Of a stretch of 64,000 nt of DNA, positions 8,287 to 16,399 are shown in pieces. A model generated the notes under the pieces. It was not told the origin of the DNA. It made no database searches and worked only from the letters and a program-made list of their open reading frames with translations. The position numbers were made by a program, and so were the translations under genes. Source of the stretch: Vulcanimicrobiales bacterium (GTDB taxonomy: Bacteria > Vulcanimicrobiota > Vulcanimicrobiia > Vulcanimicrobiales > Vulcanimicrobiaceae); contig JBBRLI010000005.1 in the NCBI GenBank assembly GCA_038231455.1, positions 96,001-160,000 of the forward strand, read 5' to 3'. Position 1 is the first letter of the stretch; the number at the start of each line of letters is the position of its first letter.

Positions 8287-9624
8287 CTATTTCTTATCGG
8301 CGACGATGTCACTTCCCAATACGATTGTAACGTCGACATCGGTGTCGGTCGTATTCGACGCACGGAGAATTGCATCTTGCGCGTTCTTCCCGAGGGCCTT
8401 GCGGATGCGGTAGGAGTTGGTCGCGCCCGTCTGCTGTGACCGGATCAGCGTGACGAGGTTGTCATGCGTCGGGGCATCACGCACATCGGCGACGGTAAAA
8501 CCGCTGCGTCGCAGGTCGGAGGCGACACGGGCAGCGAGGCCGGCGACCAGCGTCCCGTTTTCTACGCGAATGCGGATCGTCTCCGGCGCGGCCGCAGCGA
8601 CCTCCGGTTCTGAGGACGCGAGCATTGAGGCGACAAGGCGGCGTTTTTCGGTCTCGTCGGGCACGAGTGAATCGCCGTAATCAGGAAGCATGATGTTGCG
8701 TACGTACGGCACTTGCGCGGTCGCAATGTGGCTCGCCGGGACGTGGGCGAAGGCGATCGCCGTTGAGACTTGTTCTTGCGTGCTTAAATTTGTCTCGACG
8801 TCGTCGTGCATAACCGCAAGGAGCTGCCGCACGTGCGTGACGGTGTTGAATTGATTGTGTTCGATCTTGTCGAGAACGGCATGGATCATCTGCTGCTGGC
8901 GCAAGATTCGGCACGGGTCGCTGCACCAGTCGTGGCGGAAGCGCGCGTAGGCTACGGCTTGTTCGCCGGTAAAGTGTTGGTAGCCGGGCTTGAAGTGGAT
9001 CGAAAGATGGCCCCAATGATCGTCGTAATCGATCGGACCGTTCTTTCCGGTCCCACGAAGCGCGTCGGCATTTTTCGCGACCAGATCTACTCCGCCGATC
9101 GCATTGACGAGATCTTTTGCCGTGTTGATGCGTAGCACGATGTAGCGATCGAACGGCTTACTGCCGAGCCATTCAGCCACGACCGCTTGCGATTCTTGGA
9201 TCCCGCCTTCGGACTGCGCTTGATTGATCTTCGCACGCCGTCCGCCGGGCAGCGAGGCAACCATGTCGCGCGGGATCGAGAGTTCGGAGATGCGCTGCGC
9301 TGCAAAGTCGAGGTTGAGTGCCATGATGATATCGCTGCGCGCCTGCTTTGAGGTCTCCTGATCTTTTACGTCGTAATCGTAATCGAGCCCGACGAGTAGC
9401 ACGCGTAGGTTATTTTTGCCGAAGAGCGTCTTTGGATCCGGCACGAAGAACGATTCGACGGCACGGACCGGCGACGACGCGATCTGCCGTGCTTGCTCGG
9501 CAATACCCGGTCGAAACGCGAAAAAACCAATGAAGGCGGAGAGCACGCCACACACAGCGAGCGCGGAAATCACGATGCGATTCGAGAGATAGTCCACGAA
9601 GCGGCGCTTAGTCAGTGGGGCCAT
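8287..9624 (-). CDS. LCP (LytR-CpsA-Psr) family glycopolymer transferase with LytR_C domain
   Basis: N-terminal TM; VLLVGLD, RSDIIM, SIPRD, KINQA, YARFRH, RQQQ; C-terminal IRVENGT..GLA...DVTIVLGSD. Confidence 0.9.
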   Translation of the reverse strand: MAPLTKRRFVDYLSNRIVISALAVCGVLSAFIGFFAFRPGIAEQARQIASSPVRAVESFFVPDPKTLFGKNNLRVLLVGLDYDYDVKDQETSKQARSDIIMALNLDFAAQRISELSIPRDMVASLPGGRRAKINQAQSEGGIQESQAVVAEWLGSKPFDRYIVLRINTAKDLVNAIGGVDLVAKNADALRGTGKNGPIDYDDHWGHLSIHFKPGYQHFTGEQAVAYARFRHDWCSDPCRILRQQQMIHAVLDKIEHNQFNTVTHVRQLLAVMHDDVETNLSTQEQVSTAIAFAHVPASHIATAQVPYVRNIMLPDYGDSLVPDETEKRRLVASMLASSEPEVAAAAPETIRIRVENGTLVAGLAARVASDLRRSGFTVADVRDAPTHDNLVTLIRSQQTGATNSYRIRKALGKNAQDAILRASNTTDTDVDVTIVLGSDIVADKK

Positions 9625-9698
9625 GGAGTCCCTAGTGCAAGTGGGTAACCGGCAAGTCGGTTTAACCAGTTGCTAACTTGCCGACGCCAAGATAGCAA

Positions 9699-10448
9699 GT
9701 GAAGCGCATTGTAGCTTTCACTCGAGAGGAAGCACGTATTTCAACTAAATTTTCCCGACCAACCGGCCCACCGGAAAGTCACGCGGTCGGACGACTTGGA
9801 TGGTTGCGGGCAGCGGTCTTAGGCGCGAACGACGGACTGCTGTCGACCGCGAGTCTTATTGTGGGCGTGGCGTCTGCGGCTGGAACGCATGCAAACATTC
9901 TCATAGCCGGGGGTGCCGGGCTTGTCGCTGGTGCCATGTCGATGGCCGCCGGGGAGTACGTTTCCGTCAGTTCGCAAGCCGATTCTGAACGAGCCGATAT
10001 CGGTCGAGAGAAAAGAGAACTGCAACAAGACCGAGTTGGAGAGCTCGAAGAATTGGCGGGCATTTACGTCGCACGAGGTCTCGCTCCGAGTTTGGCTCAC
10101 CAAGTCGCCGAGCAGCTGATGGAGCATGATGCGCTGGGCGCCCACGAACGCGACGAACTGGGCATCTCCGAGGCCACAACGGCAAGACCGGTCCAAGCTG
10201 CACTCGCGTCGGCCGGCTCATTTGCGATCGGCGCTCTCTTGCCGCTTCTGTTTGTGATCGTTGTACCGGTCCAATCGCTCGTCATGGTCGTCTCGGTTGC
10301 GTCGCTGATTTTTCTTGCGTTACTTGGCGCAGTTTCGGCCAGAGTTGGTGGCGCACCGATCCTCAAATCGACCATCCGCGTCACGTTCTGGGGGGCTTTG
10401 GCGATGGCGGTGACGGCCGGAATCGGCGCGGCTTTCGGAGCCCGATGA
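9699..10448 (+). CDS. VIT1/CCC1 family Fe/Mn transporter
   Basis: LRAAVLGANDG and SMAAGEYVSVSSQAD signatures; real start may be ATT 9738. Confidence 0.9.
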   Translation: MKRIVAFTREEARISTKFSRPTGPPESHAVGRLGWLRAAVLGANDGLLSTASLIVGVASAAGTHANILIAGGAGLVAGAMSMAAGEYVSVSSQADSERADIGREKRELQQDRVGELEELAGIYVARGLAPSLAHQVAEQLMEHDALGAHERDELGISEATTARPVQAALASAGSFAIGALLPLLFVIVVPVQSLVMVVSVASLIFLALLGAVSARVGGAPILKSTIRVTFWGALAMAVTAGIGAAFGAR

Positions 10449-10456
10449 GGCACTGT

Positions 10457-12007
10457 TCATGTATGCGCAAGGACCGTGTCCGTCATTACTCTGTTGAATA
10501 GTTCGGGCTGCTCGAATAGTGGCCGATGCCCAGAGGTATCAAAAATGATCAGCCGCTTCGTCGGTGCGTTCAGCTTTCGATACCACTCCGCAGCCAGCAA
10601 GGCACGGCCCCGCGCCTCGTGCCGGCCCTCGATAAGGTAAACCGGTACGTGGAGCCGGGGGACTTGCGTGCGGAAGTCGATGTTTTGCAACTGAGGATAG
10701 AGTACCGCGAATACGTCGATTACACCGGCGAAAGCGTGTAGCTGCTCCATCAAGCTATACTCTTTGACAAAGATGTTCGTGGAGTAGCCACCCGCGCTCT
10801 CGGCGTTGGCACGGTGATCGTAGGGATAAACGTCATTCTCGTACGTCAGCAAAGCCGGTTCATATTTGCGCACGTCCGAGTAGGGCGGCGGTCCATTTCT
10901 GGTCAGGGTGTTTCCTACTGCGGTCTTGCCGGTACGTTTGGCCCACGCGAGGGTATCGGAGTAGAAGATGCGGTCCGTTTCTCGGATGCTGACCATCTGC
11001 CCGGTGCCGATGAACGCCCGATACAGTTCGGGATGTTGTTGCACCGCGAGCACTCCGAGGATCGTTCCCCAGGAGTTACCGAGCACGTAGATTTTGTCTT
11101 GATGAAACCGGTTGCGGAGGTAATTCGTCACCTCGACGGTGTCGCGAACCGCGCCGTCAAGCGTGAGCGTCGAGGTCGGGTCGAGTTGATCGTAGGACTT
11201 GCCGGCACCACGCTGATCGAAGGTAACAACCACGAAGTTCTGCTCGAGCGCTTGGCCGTGCCGGCGCATCGCCCCCATCTCTCCGGCCCCCGGGCCACCA
11301 GCGAGGAACAGCAGCACCGGATTTGTCGTCTTGCGCCCTCGGATCATCATCGCGAGGCGGTGACCACCGATCTTCACGCGGGTCAGCTCGGCAATGCTTC
11401 CGGAGCGTGCGTGGCCGTCGCCGTCCAGAATTGGATCGGTGCTCGCCGAGCGGACGATGGCCAGGCTCAGTGCCACCATGCCTGCACTCGTCAGGGCTGC
11501 GCAAATCCAACGCAGCCACAACCCGATTTGTGTCCATCCGTGCCGGTGCCGTCCGGTGCGGTCAAGGCGGCGCGCGAGGGCTGCGCCGAACGTGACACCC
11601 AGCAGCATCGGCACGATGGTCAGAATGCCCTGAAATCCGCGGCCGAGGACGAAGGCGATAATGCCAAGTGTGCTGTCCAAGTGAATGGCGTCCACTAGCG
11701 GGCCCGTCGTCTTAATCCGCACGAGTTCGAATACGGCCACGAATACGGCGGGAATCAGCAGCATTACCCATCGGGTCCGCATAACGCGTCCCGCGAGCAA
11801 GCCCACAAGCAGGCTGCCGCCGATCGTGGCCAATGCCTGCGCTGATGTAATCGGTCCCCGGGGAGTCCACCATCCAGTCAGCACACCAAAGAGAGCAGCG
11901 GCGGCCAGAGCGAATCGCAACCCGATTCTTCGATTCCGCGTCGCCGCAAATGCGCGGTTGGCAGCGGCGATCCATGTAAGGGCGCTGCGAGGCAATGCGT
12001 TGCTCAC
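10457..12007 (-). CDS. membrane-anchored alpha/beta hydrolase (proline iminopeptidase-like)
   Basis: N-terminal TM helices; LAGGPG, DQRGAGKS, GNSWG nucleophile elbow, SGH; start taken at GTG 12007 (ORF track gives 12046). Confidence 0.8.
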   Translation of the reverse strand: MSNALPRSALTWIAAANRAFAATRNRRIGLRFALAAAALFGVLTGWWTPRGPITSAQALATIGGSLLVGLLAGRVMRTRWVMLLIPAVFVAVFELVRIKTTGPLVDAIHLDSTLGIIAFVLGRGFQGILTIVPMLLGVTFGAALARRLDRTGRHRHGWTQIGLWLRWICAALTSAGMVALSLAIVRSASTDPILDGDGHARSGSIAELTRVKIGGHRLAMMIRGRKTTNPVLLFLAGGPGAGEMGAMRRHGQALEQNFVVVTFDQRGAGKSYDQLDPTSTLTLDGAVRDTVEVTNYLRNRFHQDKIYVLGNSWGTILGVLAVQQHPELYRAFIGTGQMVSIRETDRIFYSDTLAWAKRTGKTAVGNTLTRNGPPPYSDVRKYEPALLTYENDVYPYDHRANAESAGGYSTNIFVKEYSLMEQLHAFAGVIDVFAVLYPQLQNIDFRTQVPRLHVPVYLIEGRHEARGRALLAAEWYRKLNAPTKRLIIFDTSGHRPLFEQPELFNRVMTDTVLAHT

Positions 12008-12026
12008 AAGCCGGCAATTTCTGAGG

Positions 12027-12303
12027 TCACCATAACACACGCCCACAAAAGAGCATCACCGCAATTGCGATTAAGAGTCCGATGCTCGATGAGATCAGGC
12101 CGGTAGGCGTTGAACGAGGCCCATCGCGCCCGTCGCAATCGATTGCACGTCTGCGGCGTTTTTCGGGATCCACCGCGCTGAACCGGCACAAGATCGTTCG
12201 GGCCGTGACGTTGCAGCCGCCGTGCCGCCTCGAGGCTTGTGAGCCCGAGCAGCATACTTCCAGCCTCGCCGGGCGCCAAATCAATGTTCGCGGCATTTGG
12301 CAT
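12027..12303 (-). pseudogene. remnant of a P-type cation-transporting ATPase
   Basis: From ATG 12303: ...GLTSLEAARRLQRHGPNDL (Cation_ATPase_N motif), then the similarity stops; a short hydrophobic tail (SIGLLIAIAVMLFCGRVLW) sits in another frame. Confidence 0.6.
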
Positions 12304-12444
12304 TGTATGGCTGACTTTAAGCAATTCCCATGTGCATTGCGTGAAGAAGGCCACCGACGAGAATTCTCATCATCTTCACGAGAGATTCGAAGCGAGGCGC
12401 TACGTTCTAGCAAACGACCCCGTGGCCGAGATGAGGATATGTCA

Positions 12445-12930
12445 ATGTTTTCGAAAATCGTTGTCGCAGTCGACGGCGGGGGCCTTACCTCGAAGATCAC
12501 GGCATATGCTGTGCGACATGCCGGGCGGGCTGAGATGCACTTTGTGTGCGCGCTCGACCCCAATCGATTCTTTAGCGATGCGACGGCGGGAATTTTCGAT
12601 GCGGCAACCGAGCACACGGCCGCTATCGCGGCCGCACGGGCGGTCGTCGACCAATGCGTTGCGACTGCAACGAAAGCCGGAGTTCGAGCCGATGGACACG
12701 TCGTGGAACAACCTCCGGTGGATGCGATCCTTGATACGGTCCGGAAGACCGGAGCTGACGTAATCGTGATGGCATCGCATGGCCGGAGCGGACTTACCCG
12801 GGTTGTAATGGGCTCCGTTGCGGAAGGCGTCGCCCGTCGAGCGAGCGTTGCAGTGCTCTTCGTGCCCACGCGATCGCTCGCAGACGCGAAGCCAGAAGCG
12901 ATTTTTGAAGATATTCCGTCTCTAAGGTAA
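12445..12930 (+). CDS. universal stress protein (UspA family)
   Basis: MFSKIVVAVDG and ADVIVMASHGRSGLTRVVMGSVAEGV motifs; GAGGA Shine-Dalgarno before ATG 12445. Confidence 0.9.
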   Translation: MFSKIVVAVDGGGLTSKITAYAVRHAGRAEMHFVCALDPNRFFSDATAGIFDAATEHTAAIAAARAVVDQCVATATKAGVRADGHVVEQPPVDAILDTVRKTGADVIVMASHGRSGLTRVVMGSVAEGVARRASVAVLFVPTRSLADAKPEAIFEDIPSLR

Positions 12931-13054
12931 GCGGCGCGTTTACTCGCTACAACGCAAACGCTGGCCGGCCAAGCTGGTAAGCGATCCGTGTAGCTCGCAC
13001 GTGATGCGGGCACCTTAGCCAGTGGTGCTCCTTCGGCGCCGGAAGGTTGCCACG

Positions 13055-14122
13055 GTGCCCCGCTCCCACGCCGTCCCGAACGTTCGTTTAGTTACTATCG
13101 CCACCGCCGTCCCCGAGAATGTAATCGATCAGGCGGCCGCAGCCGAACTGTCGCGTCAATTTTTCGCTGCTCGGATGCCAGCTTACGATCGTCTGTCACG
13201 CGTTTTCGTCACGACGGGCGTGGAGCGGCGCTACACGGTCGTTCCGACAACGTGGTTCAGCGAAGAGCACGGGTGGGAAGATCGCACCAACGCGTATACC
13301 GCAGGCGCGTCGGATTTGTTCGAGCGTGTCGTACGCAGTGCGCTGGATCGCGCTTCACTACGTGCCGACCAAATCGACACCGTTGTCTTTATCTCATCGA
13401 CCGGGATTAGTACCCCGAGCATCGACGCGCGGATCCTACCGAAGCTTGGATTTCGGCCCGACGTGATGCGCGTGCCGGTTTTTGGACTCGGCTGTGCGGG
13501 CGGCGTGTCGGGCTTCGGTCTTGCCTCGCGTCTGGCCGCCGGATCCCCGGGAAGCCACGTCTTGCTCGTCGCGATCGAACTTTGCAGCCTTGCTTTTCGA
13601 CTCGACCGCGCATCGAAGGCCGATGTGATTTCTTCGTCACTTTTTGCCGACGGCGCCGCTGCTGCGATTCTCTCGAGTACCGAGGGTCCAGGCCCAACAG
13701 TGATCGGTTCGACCGAAAACCTTTGGCCGGAGACCCTCGATATCATGGGTTGGAGTGTCGATGAAATCGGTCTTGGGGTCGAACTCTCGCGTTCGTTACC
13801 CGCGTTCGTTGCCGAGCGTTACCGCGCTGCGTACGATTCGGCTCTTACACGAATGAACGTCGAGCCGACCGACATCGATCGTGTCATCTGTCATCCGGGC
13901 GGAACCAAAGTGCTTGAGGCAATCGAAGCGGCACTCGAAGTGCCCGGCGGCACGCTCGATCACGAACGTACGGTGATGCGCGATTTCGGCAACATGTCCT
14001 CACCGACCGCGCTCTTCGTGCTCGATCGCGCACTGCGCGCTACGCTGCCGCGGCGCTCCATCTTCGCAGCGCTGGGACCCGGTTTTACGGCAAGCTTCGT
14101 CACGCTCGAACAAGCGTCGTGA
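13055..14122 (+). CDS. type III polyketide synthase (BpsA/SrsA-like)
   Basis: Cys-His-Asn triad: GLGCAGG, CHPGG, GNMSS; also LFADGA and GPGF; GGAAGG before GTG 13055. Confidence 0.92.
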   Translation: MPRSHAVPNVRLVTIATAVPENVIDQAAAAELSRQFFAARMPAYDRLSRVFVTTGVERRYTVVPTTWFSEEHGWEDRTNAYTAGASDLFERVVRSALDRASLRADQIDTVVFISSTGISTPSIDARILPKLGFRPDVMRVPVFGLGCAGGVSGFGLASRLAAGSPGSHVLLVAIELCSLAFRLDRASKADVISSSLFADGAAAAILSSTEGPGPTVIGSTENLWPETLDIMGWSVDEIGLGVELSRSLPAFVAERYRAAYDSALTRMNVEPTDIDRVICHPGGTKVLEAIEAALEVPGGTLDHERTVMRDFGNMSSPTALFVLDRALRATLPRRSIFAALGPGFTASFVTLEQAS

Positions 14123-14610
14123 TCCCGGCTTGGGTCATCCTCGCGCTCTTAACGGTGCAGCGGCTAAGCGAACTTGTTATCTCGTCGCGTAATACGAAAG
14201 CCTTGATGCAGTCGGGGGCGACTGAACGTGCACGCGAGCAGTATCCATTTATGATCGCGCTCCACGCGACATGGCTCGCGAGCTTGTGGTACTTTTCTTG
14301 GAGTCACGAATTCAGTTTCTTGTGGCTCCTACCACTCGCACTCTTGCAAGTCGGTCGCTTCTGGACGATTAGGACCCTCGGCTCGCGCTGGACAACGCGA
14401 ATCATCGTTCCACCGAACGCTGTGCCGCTCGTTTCAGGACCGTATCGATTTTTGCGCCATCCGAATTATTTGATTGTTGCAATCGAGTTACCATGCATAT
14501 CGCTTGCACTCGGTCTTGCGTTGCACGCGGCGCTCTTCGGCGTGCTCAACCTTGCGATGCTTTCGTGGCGGGTTCGCGAAGAAGACCGCGCGCTTCTTCG
14601 TGCTGCTTAG
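14119..14610 (+). CDS. isoprenylcysteine carboxyl methyltransferase family protein (BpsB/SrsB-like)
   Basis: QRLSELVISSRN, LGSRWTTRI, GPYRFLRHPNY, REED; GTGA overlap with the PKS gene. Confidence 0.88.
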   Translation: MIPAWVILALLTVQRLSELVISSRNTKALMQSGATERAREQYPFMIALHATWLASLWYFSWSHEFSFLWLLPLALLQVGRFWTIRTLGSRWTTRIIVPPNAVPLVSGPYRFLRHPNYLIVAIELPCISLALGLALHAALFGVLNLAMLSWRVREEDRALLRAA

Positions 14611-16295
14611 GCGGTCGTTCGCTCGGCTTCGATTTTACTGTCCGGCGGGTTACTCGTCAACGTGCGCGCAATTGCGCTCGCAAAGGTAAGCACCACATCT
14701 TGAGGATCGAGTCGGTCGGTGATGCCCGCACGAATGAGTTTTCCGGCGACGCGCTCGTTTGCTTCACAAAGGATGACGCGGACATGGCGTCTTTCAAGTG
14801 TGCGAAGCACTTCGTCGAGCGACTGCAGTCCGGTGCTGTCGATGAATGGCACATAACGCAGCCGGATGACGGCCGTCGTCGGACTCAAGTGCGTGTCGAT
14901 CAGCGCTTTGATGAAATTGTGCGCGGCGGCAAAGAAGACGGGCCCTTCGATTGCGTAGACGACGACTCCCGGAGGAAGAGCGGGCATCGTACCGGATAGT
15001 TCGGCGCGAATGTCGTGTTCGCTCATCGTACGCACATCGACCGAGCTTGCCATTCGTCGTAAGAATTGAATGGTTGCAAGGATGATCCCGACGTTGACCG
15101 CGATCACGAGCGTGGTAAAGACCGTTAGGAAGAACGTGATGAACAAGATTGCGACATCGGCGCGCGGCGCTGTACGCACCATGTAGCGGAAATGGGCGAT
15201 GTCGCTCATATTGTAGGCCACAACGAAGAGGATCGCTGCCAGTACCGCGAGCGGAACGTTTGCCGCTAGCGGGGCTAAGAACACGACGGTCAAGATGAGC
15301 ACGACGGCGTGGGTAGTTCCGGCGATTGGATTCGTCCCGCCGTTGCGAACGTTGGTCGCGGTACGCGCGAGGGCACCAGTTGCTGCAAACCCGCCAAAGA
15401 GCGGGGCGACAATATTTGCAAGACCTTGCCCGATAAGTTCTTGATTGGAATCGTGTTTGGTATTGGCCATGCCATCGGCGACGACCGCCGACATGAGCGA
15501 TTCGATCGCGCAGAGCAGCGCAATCGTGAAAGCGGGGCCGATCAATTCGAGGACGATTTGCGTACTAAACGGCGGCAGCGCAAGATGCGGAAAGTGCTGC
15601 GGGATCGCGCCAAAGGCACTCCCGATCGTCGCCACACCCCGGAAGTGAAATATCGCCTCAGCAAGCGTTGCAAGCACGAGCGCGATAAGTGGTGATGGCA
15701 CGCGGGAAAGACCGCGGACCTTCGGTGCAAAGATCAAGATCGCAACGCTAGCGATTGCGATGAGTGTCGGCGCTGGCTGGAGATGGGGAAGCGAACGGAT
15801 CAGCGCCCAAAGTGTCGCGAGCACGTTGGGCTCGTGCACCGGAGGCAAGCCGAAAAAGTCTTTCCATTGACCGATCCAAATTACGACACCGATACCGGTG
15901 GTAAAACCAACGATCACCGGCGCTGGAATGAACGCGATAATCGCACCTAGGCGGAACACGCCCATTGCGACGAGGATAACGCCGGCCATGAGCGTCGCTG
16001 TCTCGAGCCCCGCAAAGCCGTATTTTGCTGTAATGCCCGAGAGAATGACGATGAACGCCCCCGTGGGGCCGGCGATCTGCACCGGGCTACCGCCAAACGA
16101 GGCAACGATCAGTCCGGCGACGATCGCGGTATAGAGCCCGTTTTCTGGCCGCGCACCCGAGCCGATAGCGAAAGCCATCGCGAGAGGCAACGCAACGACG
16201 CCAACGATCACGCCAGCAAGAATATTTGGCAGAATCGCGCTTCTGACGAAACGCCGGTCGCGCCACGCCGCGACCAGGGCGATCACTGGGAACAC
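14607..16295 (-). CDS. SulP family anion permease with STAS domain
   Basis: VALPLAMAFAIGSG, IAGPTGAF, NQELIGQG, TGALART; C-terminal STAS (GPVFFAA, FIDSTG). Confidence 0.92.
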   Translation of the reverse strand: MFPVIALVAAWRDRRFVRSAILPNILAGVIVGVVALPLAMAFAIGSGARPENGLYTAIVAGLIVASFGGSPVQIAGPTGAFIVILSGITAKYGFAGLETATLMAGVILVAMGVFRLGAIIAFIPAPVIVGFTTGIGVVIWIGQWKDFFGLPPVHEPNVLATLWALIRSLPHLQPAPTLIAIASVAILIFAPKVRGLSRVPSPLIALVLATLAEAIFHFRGVATIGSAFGAIPQHFPHLALPPFSTQIVLELIGPAFTIALLCAIESLMSAVVADGMANTKHDSNQELIGQGLANIVAPLFGGFAATGALARTATNVRNGGTNPIAGTTHAVVLILTVVFLAPLAANVPLAVLAAILFVVAYNMSDIAHFRYMVRTAPRADVAILFITFFLTVFTTLVIAVNVGIILATIQFLRRMASSVDVRTMSEHDIRAELSGTMPALPPGVVVYAIEGPVFFAAAHNFIKALIDTHLSPTTAVIRLRYVPFIDSTGLQSLDEVLRTLERRHVRVILCEANERVAGKLIRAGITDRLDPQDVVLTFASAIARTLTSNPPDSKIEAERTTA

Positions 16296-16301
16296 ACCGC
16301 T

Positions 16302-16307
16302 AGTCTA
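16302..16307 (-). promoter_or_regulatory. possible -10 element of a leaderless sulP transcript
   Basis: Minus strand reads TAGACT-agcggt-GTG: a TAnnnT hexamer 6 nt before the start codon, no Shine-Dalgarno, just downstream of the nrdJ terminator. Confidence 0.4.
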
Positions 16308-16331
16308 GATCTCGCATAATGCGAAACAGGT

Positions 16332-16365
16332 GAAAAGAAGAAGGCGACGTTTTCACGTCGCCTTC
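16332..16365 (-). terminator. intrinsic terminator of nrdJ
   Basis: 11-bp perfect stem GAAGGCGACGT/ACGTCGCCTTC with 4-nt loop; TTCTTTT follows on the minus strand. Confidence 0.85.
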
Positions 16366-16399
16366 ACATCTCACCGCTCGTGAACGGATTCGGTCGTAC

